37,356 nt of DNA from Barthelona sp. PAP020 (Eukaryota): positions 1 to 37,356 of the forward strand of contig JARQWU010000077.1 in the NCBI GenBank assembly GCA_040182905.1, read 5' to 3'. Numbering within the stretch: the first letter of the stretch is position 1; the number at the start of each line of letters is the position of its first letter. The position numbers and the translations under genes are program-made. Positions 24,197 through 34,446 of this stretch are shown one piece after another. The notes below the pieces were generated by a model that was not told the origin of the DNA, searched no databases, and worked only from the letters and a program-made list of their open reading frames with translations.

Positions 24197-24469
24197 ATGA
24201 ATAATAGTTTTCAAGTATCATCATTGAGATTGAGTCCGAAGATATTTCAAAGACAACCTAAAATTGCAAGAATTCTTTATTCGACTCAAATTGTCCCCAC
24301 AGAAACTACTTCAGAAAGATTAAAACAACTAAAGAAATGGTCTCCTCCAGAAAAACCATCAAAGTTAGGAAAGGTTCAAAATATCAAAGATTTTGAAACA
24401 TGTCAGAATATTCAACAAAATAGATGCGTCTTGAAAGAGAATAATGAAAATTTGAATAACTTTCCTTGA
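24197..24469 (+). CDS. Small hypothetical protein (90 aa)
   Basis: ATG-initiated ORF filling an otherwise long gap, flanked by T-rich spacers like neighbouring genes; no recognisable motif. Confidence 0.45.
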   Translation: MNNSFQVSSLRLSPKIFQRQPKIARILYSTQIVPTETTSERLKQLKKWSPPEKPSKLGKVQNIKDFETCQNIQQNRCVLKENNENLNNFP

Positions 24470-24744
24470 AAAAATTGCAATCATTAATTTCTTTCAGTCT
24501 TTTACAAATAATCAGTTTCATTATGATTAAACTGTTACACAAAAATTTTGATGCAAAAAGTTTCTCCTTTATTTTTTCATTCTCTTTTCAAGAATTTTTC
24601 AATCCTTTTTTCAAACAAATGCTATAAAGGCTTAATAATTTTATCTTTTGATCAATGGAGAATAAACAAAATATAATGCATCAATAGAATTTTTACATTT
24701 TTTCTTTTTCAAAAACGAAATTTGACAGGATTTTTTGTTCCTAG

Positions 24745-27700
24745 ATGTTACAAACACCTGTAAGAAGACAGAAATTAATCGATGAATTGTTTGAACATCT
24801 TGTATACATACGAGAAATTGTTTCTCAAACTTCAACATTATGGGATTGGACAAATAGAGCTTATATTATAGTTAATAGACAAATTCATGATCAAAACAAC
24901 AATTTATCGTTTCAAGATCTAATAAATGATGAAACTGTTGCTCATCCATTTTGGTTAGCGGTTAGCTCCAAATTTTTACATTCTGCTCCTGGTATTTTTA
25001 ATGTTGGGTTGAAAGGAATACAATTAATGTTGGCTGATCAAACTTCAGATGTGCATTTGCCTCATATCAGTCATGCTTTGCATTCATTGTGTTTAGAGAC
25101 AAAGATTCCTGATACTTATGCCATCACTACAATATGGATTGCTGTTCAAAGCATAAATTTATGTATAGAAGTGCAAACTGATATCATATTGCAGTTTTTC
25201 AATGTTATTGCCTCTTTTTTCAATTCTGCTACAGTGTCTGTTCAGGATACATCCATTGGATCTTTTCAACAATCCGTTATTCGTTTATTAAAGACAAATA
25301 GTATGCTCTCCATTGCAGCTATCGCTGAATTGATAGCTTTGATAAATAGTCCTATGGAAAAATACCCATATTTGGTTGTTGAGACCATTCTATTGGGGTT
25401 TGAAGGTGTTTTTTCTGTAATGAGACGTATGAATGATTTTGAGATAAATACAGATATCGTTGAAGACTTACAATCTGAGTTAGTCTTTTTATTTTCTTCA
25501 CATGCAACAAATGTGAAAGGGAATGAGGCCTTATATCGGGCCAGAAGGTTAACCACCCAAATTATTGAGTTACCTCTAAATGTATCAAGTGATATGTTAT
25601 TATTTCACTTAGTATCTGAAATAAGGACTTTAAGGGTGAAACCCAGATCAATTGATACCCATTCTCCATTGTGGTTGGTTGTTTCCTCTCTAGAAGTATT
25701 GTGGCATGTTATTTCGTCCCCTTATTCGTTAGTCAATGCTTTTGAAAGTAGTTCTGGTGGCCTTTTGGAATATTTGGAAGTTTTAAATAAATCACTTGAA
25801 TATTCATTCACTGAAATCATGTTACACAGGGATTATGTACCACAAGTTGCACATAGCCTGGCAGATTTAACAGATCCTGTGGCTGATGGAGACTTTTTAT
25901 GGAGATTATGCTTTACCTCATTGATCACTTTATTGAATACATTAAAATTGACATTTAGCATTAATGAGGAAGTTGCGAAAGTGTTGACCACTAAAATGAC
26001 AGCAATGTTTCTTCCAAAGATTCTTGAAACAATTGAAAATATGCAAAAGGTTGAATCAGTTCAAAAGTTGTATTTTTTCTTGGAACATTTTGTAATTTTG
26101 GTAATTTTAAATAAGGATGTTGCAAACGGCAGTTTAATATTCAAGCTGTTTTCAGAAGATTTGGCTTTAAAAAGCATAAACAATCAATTTCATTTGGATC
26201 GTCTGGAGTATAGTTTATCAATTGTGACAAATACGTACTTTTTGCTTACAAAACATATCGATTTTATCATTCCCTTGCTAATCAGAAGTATTTTAAAGCT
26301 CACAATGTTAAATATTCAAACTCACCTTCTTTCTTCCACTGAAACTCTTCCATTGTTTCAAATACTGTTTGATAAGCGTTCAGCTAACTTTTTACCAGAC
26401 TCTACATTGTTGTTGATCATTGGTGTCTTGCTGGAAGAAGTGTCTGAGATTTTTGCTAGTGTGGATTTGCCTCAATCATTACTGGAATTGGACAGTCTTG
26501 CATCAATTCCAATATTTGTTTCATCCTTAACAAAGAATGAGGAATTGATTCCATTTTATGTATTGTGTTTTATTTGTTACTCTCAACAAAATCGGTTAGA
26601 TCTATATCTAAAGAATGTCATTGACTTTTTTCAAAATTTATGTGATGAGCACAAAGGTAATTCTCGTGTTGTGGAAATAGTATCTCATTTTGAAATGTTA
26701 ATAATGTTACCGTTACTGAATCCTAATTTAGCTCGACCTGGTTCACCATCTATGGTTTTAGAAGTCAAATCTGAGGTTATACCTTCACCTTTAACCCTTC
26801 AAATTGGAAATTCAAAAGGTTTAGGAATCAAATCTAGAATTACTCCTTCTGTAACGAATTCTTCGAATGATAAACATTCAACACATTATCAATTATATGA
26901 TTTGAAAGATTTAAATACAAATGAGATTTCACGAGTACCTAATATTCAAAAGATTCCTCTGTTTCCTTCTCATTCTAGCATTTATGTGACTGATTGCCAT
27001 AATGTGGAGTTCGAAACTGATTTAAAAGTTCAAACCGATTTTACTCTTGGAATAAGTTTGATTTTTGAAGCTTTAGATATAAATACTGAAAAAAATGTTA
27101 ATGCTACACTTACATCATTAATATATATTCTTAGAACTTGCTTTCACGCATTAGATCATCATTTTGCTGGCATATTCAAGATTTTCAGAAGATTTTTCTC
27201 CACACCTTTAACTATTGTTGAGCCTATTTCTGATTGTTATATGACCTTTTGTCGTCAAAAAATTTATGTTAATGCACTTTCTTTGTATGATCTATTATCA
27301 TTATTACAACAAAATATCCATCATTTCAATGTTACACAAAAGTTACAATTGATTGATTTATGTGTGTTATTAATTGCTGCTGTTCAAAAACAACAACCTG
27401 CTAATTCAGAATCTATCATTATTGCTAGTCTTTCATTCTTACAGAGTATTGTTTCATCTGAGGTTTCAATTGAAGATAAAGAGGTAATATTTACAAGATC
27501 AATCAATATTTTAGGAAGTTTGGCATTTAATGCTGATTTATTTTTATCAAAGATCGTTCAAAGACAAGCTATTGCAATTCTATTCAATTTGTTGAACTTG
27601 TCAAAGAATGTTGAAAAAAAATTATTACATTCTGCTTATGATGATGTGCTTGTTCCAATTATGATGAGCTCAAAAACAGATCCAAATTTACAAATTGATA

Positions 27701-29106
27701 TGTGTGCTGGTTCAACAGATATGTTAGCAATTCATTTTGAAAATGATAGAGTTAGAAGAGTTCAATATACCCGTTTGTTGGAAACATTGTTGGTAAAGAG
27801 TAAGTTAGCTGCTGAGATAGTTCCTTTTTGGGGACGACATCTTTCTATTGAGCCTTCCAATGATGCCGTTGAATCAATCAATAAGTTGATCTTGTTAATT
27901 AGTGAAGCACAAATAGTTGAAGCTGTTGTTTTACAAGGTCTTTTAAAAGAGTTGAAATCGTTGATGATGGCGTTAATACTACCTGAAAAAGAAGTTTTAG
28001 GAGTTGTTTACCGCTTACTAAAAATCACATTCAAATGTCAAAGCAAAAATATGTCTCTAATTCGTTCAAACATCTTAAAGATCTTTGAAGAATTGTCTTT
28101 TGATACATTTGACAGTTTTCAAATGTTTGCTGAAATTTTCACATTGATCTTGTCAGATATTGTAAACCAAAGACTATTGGAAATAGCTTCAGTTTCGGTT
28201 TCATATCAGATTAACACTAATTTGGTGAATGATCGAATGTTTTCCAGGATTTGTGAAATATTTTGCCAAAATTTCAAAAAATTAAACCATGAAGAAGTTC
28301 TGATAATGTTTGAAGACACTAGAACCATTGCAGTTTTGTTACAATCGTTTAAAGTGAATTTTGACGTGTTTAAGGATTTGGCTGATCTTTTTGATCAACG
28401 AATTGATGAATTGCTTTCAATTCAAACCGATTCTTTTGATATTTTGGACAGAATCAATTGTTTGTTTTTGTGGTTGGACAATCCAATTTTTTTCTTCAAC
28501 AAACCAGATGTTGCAGTTTTAAAGAGAGTTAGTACTGCTTTAGCAAACTTAACCAGAGAACAATCAGATATCATCGGAGGATATTTAATGAAAAGTTTAC
28601 AAAGATTTAAAATATTTCCCAAAAGTTCAAATATTCTCAAACAAACTTTTAGATGCTGTTTCAGAAATGATGATAATGCCTTGACTTTTATCGAAAGTTT
28701 TGAAAATTTTGATGAATTGGAAATTTCATCATATTTTGAAAACTTTGAATTTTGTACATTCTCCATTCTCAACGAAATAAGCAAACCAGCAATCCAAAAG
28801 AAAATTACTTCTGAGGCTGCTAAGATAATTTGGAAAGATTATCCAAACTTTGACAAATCACAAATTCTACTCATTCAAAAGATTAGAACACTGTTGGTCA
28901 ACCTTTGTCAGCCAGGACAAGATGCCAATCTTACATCTCAAGATATTGTTCTTCATCTGAATCACATATATGAACTTGACATCAAAAGCTTTCATAAGTT
29001 TGCTCGAGAGTTATACACCGAATTGATACTTGCAACAAAGACAAAAGAGCCATCAATACGTGGCGCTATTCTAAAAGTACTTATTCGGATAAAAGAACTG
29101 TTGTAA
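24745..29106 (+). CDS. Large HEAT/ARM protein, divergent MON2-like (Arf-GEF-related)
   Basis: DCB-like N-terminus (HPFWLA...GLKGIQLM; SVQDTSIGSFQQSV). C-terminus ELYTELI.......IRGAI..VL resembles the MON2 end. Confidence 0.6.
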   Translation: MLQTPVRRQKLIDELFEHLVYIREIVSQTSTLWDWTNRAYIIVNRQIHDQNNNLSFQDLINDETVAHPFWLAVSSKFLHSAPGIFNVGLKGIQLMLADQTSDVHLPHISHALHSLCLETKIPDTYAITTIWIAVQSINLCIEVQTDIILQFFNVIASFFNSATVSVQDTSIGSFQQSVIRLLKTNSMLSIAAIAELIALINSPMEKYPYLVVETILLGFEGVFSVMRRMNDFEINTDIVEDLQSELVFLFSSHATNVKGNEALYRARRLTTQIIELPLNVSSDMLLFHLVSEIRTLRVKPRSIDTHSPLWLVVSSLEVLWHVISSPYSLVNAFESSSGGLLEYLEVLNKSLEYSFTEIMLHRDYVPQVAHSLADLTDPVADGDFLWRLCFTSLITLLNTLKLTFSINEEVAKVLTTKMTAMFLPKILETIENMQKVESVQKLYFFLEHFVILVILNKDVANGSLIFKLFSEDLALKSINNQFHLDRLEYSLSIVTNTYFLLTKHIDFIIPLLIRSILKLTMLNIQTHLLSSTETLPLFQILFDKRSANFLPDSTLLLIIGVLLEEVSEIFASVDLPQSLLELDSLASIPIFVSSLTKNEELIPFYVLCFICYSQQNRLDLYLKNVIDFFQNLCDEHKGNSRVVEIVSHFEMLIMLPLLNPNLARPGSPSMVLEVKSEVIPSPLTLQIGNSKGLGIKSRITPSVTNSSNDKHSTHYQLYDLKDLNTNEISRVPNIQKIPLFPSHSSIYVTDCHNVEFETDLKVQTDFTLGISLIFEALDINTEKNVNATLTSLIYILRTCFHALDHHFAGIFKIFRRFFSTPLTIVEPISDCYMTFCRQKIYVNALSLYDLLSLLQQNIHHFNVTQKLQLIDLCVLLIAAVQKQQPANSESIIIASLSFLQSIVSSEVSIEDKEVIFTRSINILGSLAFNADLFLSKIVQRQAIAILFNLLNLSKNVEKKLLHSAYDDVLVPIMMSSKTDPNLQIDMCAGSTDMLAIHFENDRVRRVQYTRLLETLLVKSKLAAEIVPFWGRHLSIEPSNDAVESINKLILLISEAQIVEAVVLQGLLKELKSLMMALILPEKEVLGVVYRLLKITFKCQSKNMSLIRSNILKIFEELSFDTFDSFQMFAEIFTLILSDIVNQRLLEIASVSVSYQINTNLVNDRMFSRICEIFCQNFKKLNHEEVLIMFEDTRTIAVLLQSFKVNFDVFKDLADLFDQRIDELLSIQTDSFDILDRINCLFLWLDNPIFFFNKPDVAVLKRVSTALANLTREQSDIIGGYLMKSLQRFKIFPKSSNILKQTFRCCFRNDDNALTFIESFENFDELEISSYFENFEFCTFSILNEISKPAIQKKITSEAAKIIWKDYPNFDKSQILLIQKIRTLLVNLCQPGQDANLTSQDIVLHLNHIYELDIKSFHKFARELYTELILATKTKEPSIRGAILKVLIRIKELL

Positions 29107-29259
29107 TTGATTTATATTTTGTAATTGTTTGTAAATAACTCATATATTTTGTTTATTTGTTTCAAATATGTGTTTATTAATTGGAAAGAATAAAAAATCT
29201 TGATTGGGCATTTAGGATTTTTTTTTTTTAAATATTCGAAAAATTAAGGGTTATTTTAT

Positions 29260-30480
29260 ATGTCAAAACCTTTAATATCACAAAGAACAAAAGCAAATCA
29301 AAAAAGAAAACGAAAGAACCAAAATAATCGTTCTTCAAAAAATCCAATTCGAACAGATGTTAATACTAATGTACAAAACAAAAATGTTAAAGTTAAAAAT
29401 GTTCAAAAGAAACGTCCTGTTTTTTTAAATCATCCTTCATATCAAAGACCTTCAAAATCTTCCATTTCTTCCAAATCTACCATTTCGGTTCCTTTACCAA
29501 ATTTAAATTCTATTGTGAATGGTGTTCAAGCAGTATTCAGTCAAATTGGTAATGCTACTCTTAGCTTAAAAAGACTATGGTTGAAAAATCATCGTCCTAC
29601 CTCTGAAGCATCTCAAAATAGATTAAAACAAAAAAATTTATTAAATGAGGGCAAAATTGAATTATCTAAAGAAGAATTTGATGGATTAATTAAAAGGGTC
29701 AGTATGCTTGAAAAGAACTTGGATTCTTTTTTAAAATTGCAAAAAAAAGCTTCAATAACTGCAATGACAACTAAAAAGGACTCTGTTGAAACTGATGATA
29801 AAAAAAGGGTTGACAATGTCTTAAACGTACAAAACACAATGGAAAAAGGTTCAGAAAAAGGGATGATTAATGCTGAAATTGTCTCAAAAGTAGAAAAAAA
29901 TAATAAGAAAATCAAATTTGATTTTGAGACGGCAGATGAAAAGAATGAGTCTTTGGAATTCCTTAAAAATTTCAGAACACAAAACAAAAAAGAAAAAACC
30001 AGTGAAAAAGATAATTCTTTTGCTCAAGGGACCGTTTCTACTTCAAAAAATGATTCAGACAGTCGAATTCATGAACCATCCAAACAATATCAACCACAAG
30101 CAAGTTTGAGTCCAAAAAGAGGCTTGAAAACGAATATTCAACCAAAAACTGCGTTAGGTATTACCTCCAGCATGTTGAGGAAATCAAAAGATAATCTTGA
30201 GAAAAGCAAGGAAAAGGTAGAAAAAACAAGCAATAGCAATTTAAAGGTCACAAAAGAAATGTTACAAGATTCAAAAAGGAAGTTACAACCTTTGAAGGAT
30301 ATTGAGAAAGGCAATCAAGACATAAAAACAAGAGGACCTATTCACATGCCATATAAAAGCATATCAACCGATATGTTAGCAGAATTGAAAGCTAGACTTG
30401 AAAGAACAAGAGAAATGACATATCAATCTGATTCTGATTCTGAATGGGAGAGCCAATCTAAACGTGAGCCTGTTGATTGA
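29260..30480 (+). CDS. Hypothetical basic, largely disordered protein with a short coiled coil and three C-terminal motif repeats
   Basis: 406-aa ORF, K/S/N-rich; no family recognised. Confidence 0.7.
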   Translation: MSKPLISQRTKANQKRKRKNQNNRSSKNPIRTDVNTNVQNKNVKVKNVQKKRPVFLNHPSYQRPSKSSISSKSTISVPLPNLNSIVNGVQAVFSQIGNATLSLKRLWLKNHRPTSEASQNRLKQKNLLNEGKIELSKEEFDGLIKRVSMLEKNLDSFLKLQKKASITAMTTKKDSVETDDKKRVDNVLNVQNTMEKGSEKGMINAEIVSKVEKNNKKIKFDFETADEKNESLEFLKNFRTQNKKEKTSEKDNSFAQGTVSTSKNDSDSRIHEPSKQYQPQASLSPKRGLKTNIQPKTALGITSSMLRKSKDNLEKSKEKVEKTSNSNLKVTKEMLQDSKRKLQPLKDIEKGNQDIKTRGPIHMPYKSISTDMLAELKARLERTREMTYQSDSDSEWESQSKREPVD

Positions 30481-30669
30481 GTTTCGAATTAAAATTGTTT
30501 TGTATAAAGTTTACACGTTGTTTTGTTTTTTGTTATGTGTTTTGATCGTGTGGGTTAACCTTCTTAACACGTTCCCAGATACTTCTACATGTTGTTATCA
30601 GACAGATGGAAGTCTTGAAGATAGAGAAGTGCAACACTATTCCCTTGCAACAACAAATTCGCAATAAAT

Positions 30670-33600
30670 TTACAAAAGAAGGTTTACCAGCCAATCATCA
30701 GATTGCAACGAGGTGGCCTGTGCAGAAAAGGGTTGTTTGGAATCGTCAAAATTGGAATTCTCCCCTGAATTTAAGCTAATGGTATTTGAAAAGGATGTTG
30801 GCTTTCTATTTACTGCAGATGCATTTAGTGGAGAAACGGCAAATGATCTAACAGATGTTGAAGGAGGTTTTTTCAACGCAGGACTATCATGAGCGATGAT
30901 GGTAGTTTGAGAAATGGTCTTCATTGGGCTAATTTCAGGAAAAGTGCTTCGATAAACGTCAGAATTGAATATATCTCTCTTTACTGAATGATTTGAGGGG
31001 ATAGAGTGTTTAGAATGCAGCTTTTGACCCCCGGGAGATTGATATGAATTCACTTGAGTGTTGATGTGTGTTTCAGGACTAAGACTAGGAGAGAAAGAAC
31101 TGGGGACAAAATCCTCAAAATTAAACTCAGGTGACAGATTATTCATCATCTTAGGAATAGTTATCCTTGAAAACGGTGAGTTTTGAACCTTTGTTTTTGA
31201 ATAAAGATCTTTTGCTCGTGGGATTATTATTGTGTTTGAATTTGCTAAGACAACACCGGTACCAACGGGTTCATCTACAACAGATACGGATTTTGACATG
31301 TCTTTAAGGATGGGAGTTGTCAAATCTGATTCAACAGAAGATAAACTGTTTCCTGCATTTGAACTATCATCTTCATCTTCCTTTGCTTTAGATTTGCTTT
31401 TGTCCTTTGCTTTGGTTTTATCCTTTTTCTTTTGAGATTCATTGATTTGTTTAACTTGATCATTAATAATATCAACACCCTGCCATTTTGTGGATAAAAC
31501 AGCGGTTGAAATCTTATTTGTTCTCGGTTCAACAGTTTTTATGTGAATAGACTGAGAATATGTTCGATTTCCAGTTGGTGAAAACCATATACGTTTTACA
31601 AATTTAATAGACCCTTTATCATCACTGATTATCATTATAACTTCTGTGTTTTCAACACAACTACAAGTTATTTCAAAATGAACCTCAAGATCATGTTCAT
31701 TAATGGTGTTTTCCAAACAATGAACTTGTAATTTTAATTTGGGAATGCTTTTAGCCCTTTGTTGCAAATTAAACCCATAAGGAGATTTACGTCTGGTCAA
31801 AGCTTCAATTGTAGTAACGTTGGCATTCAAAACATCATCAAACGTTGTTATGTTTCCATTAGCAAGATTTTGACATATCACAGGACCAACTCCCTCAAGT
31901 TGCAAAAGCAAATTGCAATCAGGATATATCTTGTGTGTTAAACTTCGAGACAGTTCCAAACAACTTATCAAAGTACGAAAATGTATGTGTTTGTAAATAG
32001 AGCCTTCAGGCATTTCAACTGCCAATGAAGTTAGCTTGAAGGCTAATTCATATAAACATTTGGACAATCGTTGAGTTTGCTGAGTGACGCTCATAGCCTG
32101 ATTTCTTAAGCTGAAATCCTCCACCGATTTTCTACCCAATGAAGTTTGTAACAACACAAAGCATTTGGTAGTAGTGTCTCTAACTCTTCCTGACTTCAAA
32201 AATCTGACAGTATTTTCACTAACCTTTTTCTTTTTATTCACACCTCCATGTAATTCGTTTAACACTTTTTTTTCCGACATTCTTAATGGAAAAGATTCTT
32301 CAAGTTCTGATGCGGATGCCAATAGGTGTAATCCTTGTGAATACTCAAGACCAACCTCACAAGTCTTGATTTGGGTTAGAAACATTGAAATGGTCTCAAA
32401 ACATACAAAATACTTCGCCATGATGTCACCCAATGGCGTAGCAATAAACGTATTGCAACTAGTTCTTTCAGAATTTAAAATATTTGCATCTGGTGATACA
32501 AATTCCATATCATCATCGTCATTTGACATCACAAGACCCAGTTCAATAAGTTTTTTTACGAGTTCTTGTATAGTAACACGCAACCCACTTAAAACCTCAG
32601 TTATGTCCTCTGAAATCGCAGAAGAAATATAATGAGAATATTTGGTGGGATCCACAATCAATCTTTGCCATAAGAAAGTGGATTGAACCCATGTAACTGC
32701 CTCGTCTAAATTACTTATCGTACCTAATGATATTTCTGCATTCAAATGCCCAATTAACGATTGATTTAATAAATTAGACTCAATAGGTGTTGAATCAACC
32801 AAAAGATGCTCATATTGATCTGCATTATCATCATCAGACATTATTACAGCAATAGCTTTTGTATCTAATCCAGGTCTACCTGCTCTACCTACCATTTGCA
32901 TTACATTTAGACGTGAATATGACACATATTGTCCATTTACATATTGTTTGGTTCCTTTCACAACAACAAGTCTGGCAGGTAAATTCACCCCTTGAGCTAA
33001 CGTTGTTGTAGTACACAAAATTTTTATCTCTTCTTTCAAGAAAAGCTCTTCAATCAAGTTCCGATCATTGCGATGAAGAGCAGCCGAATGAAATCCGACA
33101 CCTTTCAACACAAGTTGACTCAACGTTTTATCTGTAATCTTAAAACTATATTCCATACACAACTCTGACACAGGGAACATTTGGCCTTTTTCAGTCAATT
33201 GTTCAACAATTTGTTTTGCCGCACTAATTGCTCCTTTTCGAGTTGAACAAAAAACAAGACAAGGTCTTTGATCAGCATATTGAAAAAATATATCTAGCAC
33301 ATAAAAATCAAGAAATCTTTCAAACGCAAATTGACTGCCTTTTCTATGATATCTCAAAACATGTGTCTTTAAAGGAACTGGACGATACTCCGGTCCAAAA
33401 ACTATCACATTGTTTGTTTCTAACCAATAACCAATTTCTCTAGCATTTGGAATTGTAGCGCTGACAGCTATTATCCTCAAGTTCAGAAATGTTTTCAATC
33501 TTGTTACCACAACTTCTAAAGTGCTTCCACGACTTTCATTTAACAAATGTACTTCATCAATTAATAACAACTTAATTTTGTTCAAAAACTTCAGGCTCTT

Positions 33601-34110
33601 CCATCGACGCGTTGTAGCATCCCATTTTTCAGGAGTTGTGACAATAATTTCAGAACTTTCCAAATCATCTAGGTTCATTTCTGTATCACCTGTCAATTCA
33701 ATAATCTTAAAATTTAACTCCTGAAACTTTTTTGTCCAATCATTGTAACACTGTTGACACAACGCTTTAATAGGTGCCAAATATATTATCTTGAATTCTC
33801 CAGGTTTATTTATCTTACCATACAACAATTTTATTATTGCTAATTCAAATAGCAACATTTTACCACTCCCTGTTGGTGCAGAAACAATTAAATTATCATT
33901 TGTTTCAAAAATTGGATCAAGACATTTGCTCTGTACGTTGTTAAAATATTTAAACTTATATTGATCTGTTATCTCCTTTGGTATGTATTTTTCCAAAGGT
34001 ACCAAATCATTCACATCTGATAAATTGCTATTATTTTCATTCCCTAACTTCTTCAATGAATTTAAATAATCAAAATTTTTTTTTGTGGAAGAATTTGTCA
34101 AACGATTCAT
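30670..34110 (-). CDS. MER3: Meiotic DExH helicase Mer3/HFM1 (Ski2-like, Sec63 domain)
   Basis: APTGSGK.LLFELAI, TTPEKWD.TTRRW, DEVH, SATIPN, T.TLAQGVNLPA.LVVVKGT, QMVGRAGRP; Sec63/HhH region LLQLEGVG. Confidence 0.88.
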   Translation of the reverse strand: MNRLTNSSTKKNFDYLNSLKKLGNENNSNLSDVNDLVPLEKYIPKEITDQYKFKYFNNVQSKCLDPIFETNDNLIVSAPTGSGKMLLFELAIIKLLYGKINKPGEFKIIYLAPIKALCQQCYNDWTKKFQELNFKIIELTGDTEMNLDDLESSEIIVTTPEKWDATTRRWKSLKFLNKIKLLLIDEVHLLNESRGSTLEVVVTRLKTFLNLRIIAVSATIPNAREIGYWLETNNVIVFGPEYRPVPLKTHVLRYHRKGSQFAFERFLDFYVLDIFFQYADQRPCLVFCSTRKGAISAAKQIVEQLTEKGQMFPVSELCMEYSFKITDKTLSQLVLKGVGFHSAALHRNDRNLIEELFLKEEIKILCTTTTLAQGVNLPARLVVVKGTKQYVNGQYVSYSRLNVMQMVGRAGRPGLDTKAIAVIMSDDDNADQYEHLLVDSTPIESNLLNQSLIGHLNAEISLGTISNLDEAVTWVQSTFLWQRLIVDPTKYSHYISSAISEDITEVLSGLRVTIQELVKKLIELGLVMSNDDDDMEFVSPDANILNSERTSCNTFIATPLGDIMAKYFVCFETISMFLTQIKTCEVGLEYSQGLHLLASASELEESFPLRMSEKKVLNELHGGVNKKKKVSENTVRFLKSGRVRDTTTKCFVLLQTSLGRKSVEDFSLRNQAMSVTQQTQRLSKCLYELAFKLTSLAVEMPEGSIYKHIHFRTLISCLELSRSLTHKIYPDCNLLLQLEGVGPVICQNLANGNITTFDDVLNANVTTIEALTRRKSPYGFNLQQRAKSIPKLKLQVHCLENTINEHDLEVHFEITCSCVENTEVIMIISDDKGSIKFVKRIWFSPTGNRTYSQSIHIKTVEPRTNKISTAVLSTKWQGVDIINDQVKQINESQKKKDKTKAKDKSKSKAKEDEDDSSNAGNSLSSVESDLTTPILKDMSKSVSVVDEPVGTGVVLANSNTIIIPRAKDLYSKTKVQNSPFSRITIPKMMNNLSPEFNFEDFVPSSFSPSLSPETHINTQVNSYQSPGGQKLHSKHSIPSNHSVKRDIFNSDVYRSTFPEISPMKTISQTTIIAHDSPALKKPPSTSVRSFAVSPLNASAVNRKPTSFSNTISLNSGENSNFDDSKQPFSAQATSLQSDDWLVNLLL

Positions 34111-34254
34111 TTATTCAAGAAACAAAAAAGCAGGCAAAAGAGTTGACAAAAGAAACTCCCTTTAAAAGCAGAAATTGGTGAACAAAAATGACTGAAAGTA
34201 TATCATTTATAATAATTATCTCACATTATGATTGAAAAAAGAAATAACATTCAC

Positions 34255-34446
34255 ATGGTTAAGCACAAACATCAATGACCTCTAGGATCTCCGCAGTGCG
34301 CTGGAATATATGAATGAACCAAAAGGGGAGCAGAACTCAACCCACGGAAAAACTATTGTTTTTAAGATCCGCAGACACATCATGAATGTTATAAAAGTAT
34401 ATAACAGGACGTCGCTTGATCAATGTCTAACTAGAATAAACCGCAT
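34255..34446 (-). ncRNA. Candidate structured non-coding RNA (~190 nt) with partial U2 snRNA-like elements
   Basis: Locally GC-richer than its flanks, no credible ORF, several hairpins favoured on the minus strand by G.U pairs, GAUCAAG-N7-CUGUU, and a CC-AGCGCACUGC-GG loop. Confidence 0.35.

Noticed and set aside
10321..24747. Possible extra upstream exons for PLAC8, IKS1, TPR, WDR5 and MON2-like, each with an AG near the start codon
   Set aside because: No ACTAAC-N6-AG signal or phase-compatible donor was found.
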